Shown: positions 13,930 through 26,809 of the stretch, piece by piece | Layout: each line of letters starts with the position of its first letter | Numbering within the stretch: position 1 is the first letter of the stretch | From: Lepidodermella squamata | Taxonomy: Eukaryota; Animalia; Gastrotricha | Direction: 5' to 3' | Assembly: GCA_047495785.1 (NCBI GenBank) | Contig: JBLDXI010000038.1 | Coordinates: forward strand, 682,001 to 746,000 | Length of the DNA: 64,000 bases | Made by a program: the position numbers and the translations under genes | Notes under the pieces: generated by a model | What the model saw: only the letters and a program-made list of their open reading frames with translations | Database searches by the model: none | What the model was told of the DNA's origin: nothing

Positions 13930-14499
13930 GTCAGGACTAGGCTCCAGTTGCTTCTTGACTAGATAGGCGGCTTGAAGAGCGGACCCAAGTTTGCGCACAA
14001 TCCTGCGAGTGTCGTTCCAGGCTTTAATGTGGCGATGGAAGAACGTGCGTTGACCAGTGGTGTTTACGTTCCACTGGAAGGCAGTCAGTGCCATTGAACG
14101 CGTTCGGGTGTAGTTCCTAGTGTCCCTCGAGAAAACTTCTATCAGCAAGTTGGCACTTCGCCATTCCGAATTTCGCGAATGAGTTTGATAACGTGGAAGT
14201 TTCTTCGTCCGTGGAGCGAAAGCCACTGAAGGTCCCGAGTAGAGGGTCAACGGGGAACTGATACTTCAGCAGCATGGCTCGGATTTCAGCTCGTTGAGCT
14301 TTATCCAGCATGCCATGGGCAGTTTTTGCCACTCGGCCACTCTGAGCGCGAATTGTACGAATCGACGGGTTGAGTAACAGAAGAGTAACAGAAGAATCCC
14401 AGCCCTTTGACGACTGATACAAGCCGCTTGAATATGACCCAGTTTGTGACAAAATGGCGAAAACGAGCGGCGAAGAGTCTTGCCCAAACGTCTAATCTA
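13930..14499 (-). repeat. LINE-3'-like repeat family copy (others at ~30020-30360 and ~40730-41750)
   Basis: RTFFHRHIKAWN LINE C-terminal-like motif; nucleotide matches to 30018-30230 and 40730-41085. Confidence 0.7.
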
Positions 14500-15658
14500 G
14501 TAGTATCAGTATAGTCCCCTAGCGGGGCGCACTGCCTCCTCGCATGCTCTCCTCCACTGGTCCCGGTCCCTGGCCAAGACATGAGCCGATCCCCAGCTCA
14601 GCCCCATGCTGCGCAGGTCATTTTCAATGGTGGCCCGCCATGTAGTTTTTGGCCGCCCCACCGCCCGGCTGCCCTGTGGCGTCCACCGAAGGGCAACTCG
14701 GGGAGTGCGCCTGGCATCCATTCGCAGCACATGCCCCAGCCAGCGAAGTCGACGGAGTCTGATCTCGTCCGATAAAGGGCGACATTTGCAAATGCGGTGG
14801 AGCTCCGCATTCGAAACGATCCTCGGCCAGAAGATGCCTTGGATTCGTCGGAGGCATCTGTTGTGGAAGGCATCAAGCCTCCTTACGTCAACCCCCAACT
14901 CCCGCCAGCACTCCGAGCCATATAACAAGACGGCTTTGACAGTGGAATTGTAGATTCGCACCTTGGTCGCCTTGCTCAGCTGTTTCGATCGCCAGACCGC
15001 TTTCAGCGAGGTAAAGACGTGCCCGGCTTTTTTCAGACGAGAGGCGATATCCGCATGAGCTCCGTCAAGGCTGATGACACTGCCAAGGTACGGAAACGCT
15101 TCAATGTCTTCAAGCACCTGATTGTTGATGCTGATCGGCTTCTTGTCGGTTGTCACGATGCGCATGACCTTAGTCTCAGCGATGTTGATTTCGAGACCGA
15201 TCGTTGCCGCGATTTTTTGCAGCCTCGTCGTCTTCGCCTGCAGATGTTGGGCGCGGGTTGCCAGCAAAGCCAGATCGTCGGCGAAGTCTAGGTCATGGAG
15301 CTGCGTAAACATCATCCACCTGATCCCGTCATGCTGATCTTTGGTGACCGCACGCATCACGAAATCAATCGCGACGCAAAACAAGATCGGTGACAGGATG
15401 CAGCCCTGCCTGACACCGGAATTGACTGAAAAACTCTCGCTCTCCACTCCAGCCTCCATCAGTAAAATTGATGCTGATACCTTGCCGCGGTTTGGGGGCT
15501 TCGTCTCGACGACCCGAAGGGCTATGCCGATGGTTCAACCGATGCGGAGAGGCCGACGGATAGAGACCAACTAACATCAGCGACCCGTCCTCTGGGTTTG
15601 GAGGTTGTGCGCTCGCCCAACGAGCAGCCGCAGAAAAACCCTATTGTTTTCGAAACCT
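14500..15658 (-). mobile_element. Young RTE-clade LINE insertion: intact 3' RT half plus an inverted 5'UTR-like segment
   Basis: 317-aa uninterrupted ORF (GVRQGCILSP, LDFADD, YLGS, LRWLGHVLR); 15-bp TSD CAAACGTCTAATCTA at 14485-14499 and 15659-15673; short TAC tail. Confidence 0.93.
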
Positions 15659-16036
15659 CAAACGTCTAATCTAATGAAACAGAAAGCTTAAGCTAGGACA
15701 ATTCAATAAAAAATAACAAATTACCCGTCATGCACAGAGACAGGCGGATGGCGGACCGGGCAATGGGTAAAATCGAAAAGTAAAATTTGTTCTAAAAAAC
15801 AAAAAAAAGTAAAAAATAGTTACAGAGCGCCACATCTAAGCTTTCAACTAAGAGGCAACGAACTAAGGAACTAAGAGGTCATCATCTGATAGAATTTTTT
15901 GTATAACTTGGTATCATCTGCGAAGCATTTCGCGATATAATTCAAAATCACATCATCTAGGTTCAGAGTATAAATAAGAAACATACCCTAGACTTTGATG
16001 AATGAAAATTACACTTTGATAAAACTAGCTTTAAAA

Positions 16037-16149
16037 AGGGGCACCTCAGCTCCCCTGGGGAAAACTTAGCTGGCAGCTTTTTGAAGACCTTGTGAACGGC
16101 CTCCCAAAAAGCTACCAGCCAGCTTTCCCCAGGGGGCCGAGGTGCCCCT
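16037..16149. repeat. Imperfect palindrome/hairpin, probably a mini-MITE
   Basis: AGGGGCACCTC..CCCCTGGGGAAA..GCTGGCAGCTTTTT pairs with AAAAAGCTACCAGC..TTTCCCCAGGGG..GAGGTGCCCCT; near-flanking direct repeat AAACTAGCTT. Confidence 0.75.
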
Positions 16150-16849
16150 CCAATAAACTAGCTTCATCGCAGTAAACTACTGGAGCGTAAAACGGGCAGA
16201 ATAACTAACCAGCGGTAATGCGTAATCTTCAATCAAAAAGCAATCACCACCTTTTTTAGTGAGATGCGGCAAAGAAATAGCTTTGATTTGCATATGCGCG
16301 ACAGTTTTTACTGCGAAGGACCATCAACAGTACAGCAATTTTAGCGCTAAGAGATCGCTCCCAGCTCTTGTTGCTAGTTTTTTTTTGTCAAATCGCACGC
16401 GCGCAAAGCTTTTTTTGCACACACAAGCAAGTGTGCATATGCAAATCATTGACCAGGAAGTAACGTAACCCATCGTAGCATGGGACCTTAATCAAAAAGT
16501 GTCACTTAAACTTTGGTAATTTCGAAAACTCTCCCCGTACTTATGACTCAACACAAAAGAAACTACCGAGGCCGGCCCACATGCTCGCTCCGCTCGCATG
16601 GTAATGGGGGCAAAGTATTGTCTTGTTGGTTGAGTGATCAGCTATCAGCTGAAATCTCTGACTTAGCGTGTGTTCTCGAAGAGCTGCGCAGCAAAAAAAA
16701 ATCGATAATAATATGATTCATCCACTTATCAAAGTGTAATTTACACAGCCATCAAAGTGTAATTTTCTATCTATCAAAGTGTAATAAACCTCTATGATTA
16801 GTCCCATGACAGAATCCAGCGGAAAACCAGAAGGAGCGTCTGCTCAATC

Positions 16850-17170
16850 AGAACGCACATTGCTCACTGCCTCAAGGAAGCTGAGACCAGTCAGTCGTCA
16901 TGAACCAACCATAAAGTTCGCCGCAGACGTCTATTTCTAACATTTTTGAAGAAGGATATCATGCGGAACCGTGTCGAAAGCCTTTGGCCTTTGACAAATC
17001 AAACTACATTAAATCAACAGTCTCGGCATCGTCAAAAGCAAGTATCCAATCATTCACACAACATTACTAGAAAGATCTTTGCGACTAAACACGAGTTGGT
17101 TTGGCGGAGTCAGATTGTTTTCACGAAGATTCCAATGAACGCGCTCTGTTGTAAAAGTCACAGATAGCAG
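16850..17170 (-). mobile_element. CR1-like RT fragment
   Basis: Minus-strand KAFDTVPHDILLQK motif. Confidence 0.6.
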
Positions 17171-17249
17171 CTGGAAAGCAATCATTCACAAACTTATAGC
17201 GCGTCTTATTGTTGTAGGAGTTTTTGTTATATGCTCCAAAGAAAATGAT

Positions 17250-17900
17250 TTTATTTATTTATTTATTTATTTAAGAGCACAAATCCCAAAGTTGAGAGCT
17301 CATAGAAAAGAAAGTTTGCTTGAAGTAAAAATTAGTAGCAGATTATCTTGTCAATTCGGTCCGTTTCAGCATCAGTATATCCAACAAAGATTCAACAATT
17401 ATAATTTTTTCAGATTAGGTTTAGATAAAAAATATTTATAAACAAGTTGACGGCAAGAAAAGGCATCGTAACATATTTTGAAACCACAATCACATCTTGG
17501 CGGTAGGTTAGTGTAGTTCATAATGTCGATTGGGCGATGATGAGGGCAGTGAAAATATAAAGGTAGAGTGTTGAACAGACTAGGACCGGTGAAGCTAAGA
17601 GAGGCCTGACCGTAGTCCAGACGCATACGCGGTATTTTGAATGAGAGCTGGGAGTAACGAGTGCGAGACGGAGGCTTCAGTACAAAAATAGATTTGATGG
17701 ACACAGGCGCGTCGCCGACAACACAACGGTAATGAGAGTAGCAATGTGTACATTACGCTTGCCTTGTAGGTCGAGCCATTCTAATTCGTCACGAAGAGGA
17801 GAGGCGTCAGCGGAATCAGAAGCATTCATAATTATTCTCACTGCTTTGTCCTGAAGAGATTGCAATCGTTTCAAAGATGTGTCACAAGCTTCACATTTCG
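17250..17900 (-). mobile_element. LINE (CR1/L2-like) 3' end with (TAAA)n tail
   Basis: LQSLQDKAVRII and SLSFTGPSLFNTLP motifs; TTTA repeat at ~17250-17272. Confidence 0.75.
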
Positions 17901-18485
17901 TAATGATACGTAAATCATTGGTTTTGTGAGCATCATTATCATCATGATAATAAGTGAAACTAAGGGGAAATGGCTGAAAGAGATTTACGTTAGAGTAAAA
18001 AGAACCTCAAGAGCGATCGGATATGATTGGATCATCAAATCTTTCTTTCTGATTTCTCTATGCTGTTTGATATGCCGCCCTAGTCGAACAGTATTCTGAG
18101 CTTTCCGTCGGCATCAGTCCAGTACTCTTAAGGTTCTCATAGACCTTGCATCGTTGGTTTCTCTGACGGCGCAATTCACCTGTCATCCATGGAACATGTT
18201 ACACACTTCGCTGTTTCTTTTGCGGGGCGCAAACAGATCGAAATCCAAGTGAAGTCTCAGAAGTCGCATGAAGCAAATATCAACCGATCGAAAAATTGAA
18301 TACTTGAGTAAAAGAAGGCGACGAAGACTAGTCACAGAGCGATTGATAACAAATTGTCGACAACGAAAGGCCTAAATAGTCGACCGATTCACTGGCGACG
18401 ACAGATACAACTGCGCCCATGTCGACCAGCACGAAACAGAACAAATACGGTGCGACAGTAACATTGGTGTATAGGTTATCGAGCT

Positions 18486-18818
18486 GGTTGTGTGCGAAAA
18501 GAGCAAGCGAAATAAGAGCAATGACATAAGAGCTAAACGAAATAAGAGCAACGAGATAAGACTTGTTTTTTTTCGTTGAACAGACAAGTGAATCTCGACC
18601 CTTTAAGTAGCTCGAATTGCTGTTTAACCGCTCCACTAATCACTTGATAATGATGAGGAAAAATATATGATCGCGTGCCATTATTTTTTTGTGATTTATC
18701 ATTAATAATTGCTCTTTCGTCGTTCTGCTCTTATCTCGTTGCTCTTATTTCGTTTTGCTCTTATGTCATTGCTCTCATATCATTGCTCTTATATCGCTTG
18801 CTCTTTTCGCACACAACC
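18486..18818. mobile_element. MITE with long repeat-built TIRs and an 8-bp TSD (Merlin- or Mutator-like)
   Basis: ATCGAGCT-GGTTGTGTGCGAAAAGAGCAAGCGA...TCGCTTGCTCTTTTCGCACACAACC-ATCGAGCT; internal ATAAGAGC repeats. Confidence 0.88.
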
Positions 18819-18830
18819 ATCGAGCTGTGT

Positions 18831-19826
18831 GTACAACAAAACATTCAGCAATACATGATAATTTGATACTATTACTGTTGTTACTGTTACTCTAACTGTA
18901 ACTATATGTGCACATTTCAAAGGTAGATTCTTGATTTCAAGCAGCACGAAGCACAAATACGTCTCACGAGCAAATATTCATTGTGTTGAACTTCATCACA
19001 ATTGCATGGTAGTCGAGCGTTTTTGATATATAAAATAAATCCGAGAACTTCGCATCAACAATATTATGGCAAAATTAGTGATACAAACGCGCATTTCCAG
19101 AGTGGGCATACAACAATATCTGCAGTATATTCTCATAAGAGGTTGAGCTACGATTTAATAGCCTCTTAGTAAAGCGAGATTGCACTGACCACTGACTAAA
19201 GTTCCTCAATATCTTCTAGGAGATAGGCTACAGTAAGACAGTAGTCGAGGTGTCACAGTGTTGTAATTTGTGTAAGCCTGAAGCGCAACGACGTGGAAGC
19301 TCTTTCGATCATGCAGCTTGACACAAACTTTGAAATCACGGATAATAGTAACGCGATTGCAATGCCTTTGACAGGTCAATATATAGAACAATCACATTTA
19401 GCATTCACTTATTTCCACATATATCCCCCGCCATATCGAGACATCTCACCCTGTACAAAGAGTTACAAGAAAGTAGCAACAGGTATAGACCGATAACGCG
19501 CAAGTTTCTCAATGAGAATCGCTGACGGATTGTAAGGCCCACCACAGGCTTTTCTTTCATTCCAACAAAGGTTACCAAATATTCAACAAGCAAACTGTTC
19601 TTTGTTATATACAACAGCAAATTATTATCTGAAAACTTCTGGTATTCATCGATTCATTTTCACACACAGGTATAGCAGGTCGGGAATTAAATCGAAACCA
19701 GCAGTAGTTAGAAAGATCCCCAATCTTGCTATTTGACAATATACGCTCATCATACGCTATGCTGTAATCATACTCATCCGGTTTTCAGCGTCGTAAAGGC
19801 AACTAGCGGTTTTGTGGCGAGCATAA
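18831..19826 (-). repeat. CR1-like relic and Gypsy junction; duplicate of 7898-8907
   Basis: Direct sequence match. Confidence 0.88.
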
Positions 19827-21996
19827 GACGGCCATCGGCAATGCGCATGACGACCTTGTGTACCAGCGGCTGAATAGGTAGAGCGACAAAGGTGCACAGT
19901 TCCGGCGTGACGATGGTCGCATTAGCGCCGGTGTCCAACAGGCCCGAGACGGCGTGTTCAGCAATGGTGAAGACGCAGCAAGCGTCCAGGGCGGCGGATA
20001 AGGTGGCCATCGCAGCATCAGGAGGGCAGGAACGGGCGGCCACCTGGCCCGTCTGCCCTTCTAGTTTGACTGGGGTAAAGGTCGCCTTAACCTGGACCGC
20101 CATCCTGGGGCAAACGAAGTCTCGGAAGCTGTGGTCCGCCGCGCCGCCGCAACGCCAGCAAACTTTGAGCTGGTGGAAATAGGCCACGGCGGTCGCCGGG
20201 GGCCGTTGCGTTGTGCCGGCGGCCGGCCATTTGGACGCAAAGGCGGCGGTTGCGAACTGGGCGGTCGTTGTTGGAACGCCTGCATGCCGTAGCCATCGGC
20301 TGTGCCAGGTTGATGAGCGAACTGGGGCGGCTGCTGTAACGCCTGTATAGCCGGATGTTGGGCGTGCGCAGCCGGCTCGTGATAGGGCTGACCGGCGAAC
20401 TGTTGTTGTGCGTGCGGTAGCCGCTGTTGTTACTGGCGCTGCGAAGGCTGGTTTGCGCCCTTGCGCCGAGGCGGCCTCGTTACATTCTCGCTGGGCGCCA
20501 CTTCGACCGGCGCGATGGTGATGGCCAGCTTCGACTTTGTCTTCGTATCGTCGGCGCGTTTGAGTCGCAACTCGGCTCGTTCGACGGCTGCGGCCCAGTT
20601 GACCAGTACCGGTATTCGCGGCGGGTAACCAAAGTCCGCCTTAAACTCCTCGTACCGTTGAAGAGCTCGGTTCAGGGGTTCGCCGGGACGAAGCCCATCG
20701 ATGAAAAGCTGAGCGACTAACTCGTCGACGGCTTCCTCTGGGAGTTCCGGGTGGGTTTGCTTCATGTGGCGCCGGCACGTGTCGCCGAAGATAACAACCG
20801 ATTCGTCGGCGCCCTGTTTCGGCCGTTCCTCCAGGGCCGTAGACGGGACGCGCCGTTGAAGCTCCTTGAATAACTGGACGATGGTCACTGGCACCCGAGA
20901 TGCAGCGAGAAGGCTACTCGGGGCCGCCTTGCACTCCTCGTTTAGTAGCCCGTTAGATTGCTTGATGACCTCCGGGGTCGATTCCGGGTTCAGATCCTTC
21001 AGGGTCTCGCGGCATCGGGCCGCGAAAGTGAGATGCGGCACGATGGTTGGATAACGTTCACGCACTGCTTCTCGAGCAGGTCCTTCAGCTCGATAGGTGC
21101 CGCCAATGCTGACGCGATGCTAGACGGGGCGAAGTTTATCCGCGACGACGGGACGGCTGCGGTCGTGGGCGAGTCAAAGGCCGAGTCATATCGGGTTGAA
21201 GATCTGTATTTCAGTGAACTGGAGCGCGGCCACTGAGGTGAAGGGTCGCGATATTGCCGAGCTAACGGGTCAATGGCAAGCATCCGCCCTAGAAGCTCGC
21301 GGTCTAGGGCCTCATCTTCCTTTCGTTCCTGAAGATCCAGGAGGCGATGGTAGCGCTGCACCTGGTAGTCGCGCTCCGGGTCTGAATAGGGCTTCGATGG
21401 CCGTTAGCTCCCCGACTAGGAATCGCAGTAGGCTTCGAATTCGTCAGGAGGCAAGGTCGACATAGCTTTGCCCTGTACAAAGCAAATGTTCAAAGGAGCG
21501 TTAAAAGGAATCAAGCGGATCGGCATACCGGGTTCTGACAATGAAAAGTCGAGGCGGCAGAGGCAGACAAAAGATCGGTAAGCACGTCCTGATGATAAAA
21601 TATTTTATGACGGAGAATACAAAAATAAGGTTTGGAACATACCGATTACGTGATAGGCGACGGGAGCGGGCGGTGTATGTAAGTTGTGCTTGGGTCTAAC
21701 TTACAGAAGGCATGAACAGGTGAACATACCAAAGTAATTACCGATGCCGCTGGACAGGAAGGCAGTGCGAAGGCGCGGACCGACGCAAGGAATAACCAAT
21801 ATATATATATATATAAATGTTCTAGTAACGAAAAGGTGAGATTCAAATAAGGTTTTTCAGGGCGATCTGACGGCAAGGTGGGTAAGTTGAAATTCGTGAA
21901 ATTACTATAAAAAAATGATAAGAGAGGGGCAGCGCACGCGACCGCGAATCGCTTGTTCAATGGAGCGTGGCGGGACTACAACCTGTCACCGCCACA
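19774..21996 (-). mobile_element. Truncated Gypsy-type LTR retrotransposon (5' LTR, gag with CCHC knuckle, aspartic protease), copy 1
   Basis: CWRCGGAADHSFRDFVC knuckle, LLDTGA protease, LFIDGL gag motif; probable LTR start TGTGGCGG at 21996. Confidence 0.85.
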
Positions 21997-22688
21997 TGGA
22001 CCTCAACTCTTAAATAAATAAATAAATAATGAATAATTTTGAATTGAGTTAAAACCCAGTCAACATTACTGGTGCTATTCTTGGGCTGAATGCTGAGATA
22101 CCGTAGTTTATCGAATAATATCCAACCTCGAATAAAAGCGTGTCGAAGTATAAATATCTGCCAGCCATGAGGCACGTGATCTATGATAAGACAGTTTAGT
22201 TAGGTCACCCGAACCTCTAACCTAGCGAAAATGAAGGCGTAAGGACGATCACATCAATAAAAATGAAAAATTGACAAATAGACGAAATGTCGGCCCAATC
22301 AGAACGCACATTGTTCACTGCCTCAGCCAACACAGGTTTGCCGTGCTGTGTCGCGCGAACAAGCGCATATACGGCATTGGCTGCTTTCGCTATCTGGCAG
22401 TCCGTCGAGAAGCGATTTAGCCTGCCCATCATGATTTCCCGCCTCATATTGCCGGCAGGCGGAGCACACAACAATGATCATTTTATTTCATAAAAAACGA
22501 TGGTCTGCAGGTAGCGCATAGGCCCCTGTTGCCCGAAGACACAGAATGAATATCTAGTTTTTGTTTACAACAATAGCAGAATTAGGCAAAAAACCACAAA
22601 GGTTGGGTAGATCTAGCTATATAGATGCCGTTGGACAATCACTTTGTTGTCCCTAATCACCGACAGAGCAATATCACAAAGTAAAGAT

Positions 22689-23960
22689 TTAGGCAGACCT
22701 AAGTTTAGAAAAAAGATCAACAACGCCTCGCGTGATGGTTCCGCGGGCTCCGATATAAATACCACTGACAGTTAGGTTTTTCAATTTATAGAATTCAAGG
22801 TAGTAGGGCACGCATGGCTCATACTTGCCACGCTTGACAGCGTCGGCTTGATCGAATTGATCCGGTGCGTTCGTTTCGATCTGGACCGTCGGGTCGAGGA
22901 TCCACCCTTCCTTCGACTCAGGGTTCCAGGCGATGATGTCCGACCGCCGTTCCGCTCCATTCGTCGCAATGCCGCGTCTTTCGACCTGCACCTTCCACCC
23001 TCGGCGAGTGAGTTCGTTCGCGGTGAGACGCCTGACGTTATGACGCTGAAGGTGGTCCCAAGGTATTTGATTTTCTCGCCTTCTTGCAGAGCTGGGATCG
23101 TGGTTGTTTCATCGACGAGTAGAGGCTCGGTTGACAGCTTGCCATCTTCGACGATGATGGCTATCGATTTGTTTGGATTGATCTCCAGGCCGATCGAATC
23201 AAATAAGGACCTTGACTTTCTTACAAGCAGTGACGCAGATTCGCGAGAATTTCCTATTGGCGTCGTGTCATCGGCAAAGCCAACCACTGAGATGCTGGAT
23301 AAGCCTGGGGCTAGCTTGAAACCATACTTCTCGGCGATATCTGGGTCGGCCAGTTCACGGTGGATGAAATCGATCGCGAGATTAAAGAGAGTAGGCGATA
23401 GCGGGGAGCCTTGAAAGACACCTCTCTTCAGCTCTAGGACTTGGGTTTTTAGGCCGCGAGCTTCGATTCTGGTCACATTCCCTTTTGAGAGGGCGATGGT
23501 CATGTTTCGGAGTTTCGAGGGCAGTGGTGCTGCGTCGAGCGTCTTGATCAGATGTTCGTGGCCCATCGTGTCGAAGGCTTGCGTGCAATCGAGCATGACG
23601 ACTGCACAGTCTCTTCCTTCTTCTTTCGCTTTCTTCAAGCAACCTGAGACTAGCGATGAGTTGATGTGAGTATCGGGGGTCGATATGAAACCACGCTGGG
23701 AAGCGGCAAACGAGATGTATTCGCGAAGGCGACAATCAATAATCTTTTCGAAGACGCGCCTAATGGCGGAGCAGATAGACACTGGTCGCCAGTTCTTCGG
23801 ATCCTCAACATCGCCTTTTTTGTATATCAGCACCGTTCGCGCTTCGCGCAGAGCCGCCGGGACGAAATTATTTTTCAGCATAAACGTGAAGATCAGTGCC
23901 ATCAGGCCCGAGCATTTTTCGCTTATAGGTAAAATAGGTAAATTTTGCTTGTTGGCTACA
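22689..23960 (-). mobile_element. RLE-type (R2/NeSL/R4-like) non-LTR retrotransposon fragment with an internal deletion
   Basis: RT motifs NWRPVSI, QAFD, GVFQGSPLSPTLFN, GFADD, KYLG, followed directly by RLE RSDIIAW...ILDPTVQIE...KRGKY; thumb/CCHC region missing. Confidence 0.88.
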
Positions 23961-23984
23961 GAGGTTAAAGTTGAACGGACGTGC

Positions 23985-24330
23985 AATCTCTCCTAAAGCC
24001 GCTTTACATTCCGCGTTTAATTTCATCACATAGATTTGCAGCAACAAAGCGGTCATGCATCGGCACGGCAGATCCAAGTCTGGATCGGCCCAGTCGTGGG
24101 ACGCCGAAGAAGGGTAGTTAACGTTTCGACAGCGCAGTCGGTTGTGTCTGAGTTCGCCCGAAGCATGTGGCGCCGGCCTGTATCACCGAAGCGCTTGACG
24201 ACGCGAAACGGACGATCGAAGCGCGCTTGAGCAGAAGTATCTGGGACGGTAAGCGGCCGTCGACGGGGCGATACAGGAGTTCATGATGGCGCCCTTCCTA
24301 GCGGCGTTTATTCCGATTGGTGTGGTCGAG
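23985..24330 (-). mobile_element. Gypsy gag fragment related to 35789-36646
   Basis: IYVMKLNAECKAALGE vs VYRMKLNAEFKAALGE. Confidence 0.6.
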
Positions 24331-24620
24331 ATCGGCTAGCATGATGGCGAAGATGGAGAGCTCATCGGCCAGGGACCTTTCAAGCGAGGCGCCATCGGCA
24401 AGTGCCAGTAGCCGCAGTAGTAGTAGAACGTAGTAGTAGCGTAGTAGTAGATGACTGTCGCTGGCCAGTTTTCATTAGTTTTCCCGGTCGATGCACCAAT
24501 GTAACAGTGAACGCCTGAATTGGTCTTTATTTCCAAACGAAGGCCCTGAAGATAAAATACAACAAATACAATATAAAATACAGTAACAAACAAAAAAGGT
24601 TGAGTTACACTAGGGAATAA

Positions 24621-26300
24621 GTGCTTGAGACTAATACACTAGAAACACCGAAATCGGCCGTGATTCAACCACCTGAAAAGCCGAAACCTGTCATTCACCC
24701 CAAGCCGAGCGAATTTATCACCGACGCTGACTGGCAAGAACTTCGCGGTAAAGATCCTAAGCACTACAGTTTTAGTGACGAATTTGTTGCCTACGCGATG
24801 GCGCTTCATTTACGAAGTCCCTCGGCTTACTACTATTTGTACGCGTCGAAAATGTTGATTTTGCCGTCCGAGCGTTATCTACAGCTTCTTATACCCGATT
24901 GGGGAGTATTGGGGCGGGCAGTCCGATGTTGCTTACAAGCTGCTCAAGGAAGAAGCAGAGATGAACGGCGACTTCAATAGCAAGAAATGCCTCGTCATTT
25001 TGTCGTGCGATGAAGTTAGCGTTTCAAAGGCCTTGAAATCCACCCCAACCCGGGATGGCCGAGCTGTCAGATTGGCACTGGACAATTCGAATCAACGAGC
25101 TGAAAACATGCTCAGCTTCATGGCGACTTATGTTCAAACTGGCTTGCAAGCAGTTCATCGCCAACTACCCAGTCACCAAAAAATGCTGCGCCAAATTATC
25201 ACCGAGTCTTGCCGTTGTTTGTACGAGTTCGGCTCGCGCGTCATTTGCACAGTCATGGATGGCGGTGGCACCAATTGGTCGTGGATCAACAGCGTAGGTG
25301 GCAACTCGTTCAAGCACCCTTGCAACCCCGGGTGGGACATCTGCATTTTAATAGATGTTCCCCATCTACTCTATAAGACGTAATTTTCGCTGTGCTCTTA
25401 ATTTCGTGATTCAGGTTTTCAACTTCAACTTCAATTTCGTGGTTTTTGCCCTCGATAACGAAAATTTCCGTCATAGCGAAAATTAAGTCGCAACAAAAAA
25501 TACGTCGTATACAGTATTGAAATGTGCACGAAATAACTTCCTCCACAAGCAGTTTATAATGACTATCGGCGGCTGTGTCAGCTGGGACCTCATTCGAGCG
25601 CTATTCGATTGGGACAAAAAGCAGCAGCGGCGAATGATTCCTCGAGTCACTCGCCTTCATGTCCATACAATCTTTCTCAACGCTGCTTCCCCTCAACAAA
25701 TGAGAGTCGCATGCGCTGCACAAGCTTGCTCGAGATCGATGGCTCTAGCTATTATGGCTATGTACGGCCAAAGCGAGCGTAAATTCGACGCTGAAACCCC
25801 AGCCGAACTTTGCTATCTGTTCAATAACTGGTTCGATTGTTTGAAGGGTTCTACCTACGAACGGGCGAAGGAGGTCAGAAATCCAGCCCTACACATCTGG
25901 TGACGACCCTCGTCTCGCTTGGCTTGAGACTGAATTCGTCAATCGAATAACAGCATTGCAAGCTAGAAATCGCCAAAACAAGCGTTTGATAACCCTGAAG
26001 GACGGCAGCCAGCGAAATTACAGTACGGCATTCAACGAGGCCACTGTCAAAGGATTTATTCTCACATCGACTAATTTTCCTTAAGTCGCCCCATTGTGTC
26101 TTCAATTGAACGTTCAGTATGTGAGTACGCTCGGATGCTGTTTTCATCGCGCGCCGTCCGCTACAACCGAGACCACGAAACGATCGACGAGTTGCCACTG
26201 CGAATGCGGCTTTACAACGCTACTGGCAGTTCTTCGTCATGCTCGTCAAAGCTTCAGGGCGAGGGCGTGGCAAGAAGCAGTAGGTGGCTATGAGTTGTCC
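24621..26300 (+). pseudogene. P-element/THAP9-like transposase pseudogene
   Basis: SPSAYYYL..LILPS, LSCDEVSV, VMDGGGTN, DVPHLL|intron|KCARNN, QMRVACAAQ, FNNWFDCL; several frameshifts. Confidence 0.88.
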
Positions 26301-26809
26301 AAATATTTTGGAGCAGTAATTTTCAACTAAGTTCATATCAAGCGTAAGATAAAATCCTGAATTTCATTCTTATGAAAAAATGTCACAATAACAGGTGTTG
26401 CCGAGGAGGAGTTCAAAATAATAATACATACAAATATAAGTACCACCTTCTATATAACTTCTCCAGGCAAGAAGCGAATACTCTAGGCGTCAAACGCGCA
26501 TTTTATTCATTCGTAGTGAAATATACGAGATGACTAATCGCAAAGAAAATATTACCGCGTGTTGCTTGTTTACCGGTGTTTTTCATTGCTTTCAGTTGCA
26601 AACTATTTGAGGTTGAATTTGATTGTGTAAACCTTTTTTGCGTAAACGTCCCGGTTGAGCGCCTTTTTAGCCTTTTTACCTTTGCAACCGGTGGCGTGGT
26701 CGCATCATTTGAGAACGACATTCTCGAAGAGGCCGTTGGCTCCATTCGTGGCTCAAAGAGCCACCTTATTCAATTCTTAAATAAATTGTGTCTCTCATTT
26801 CAACTTTTA

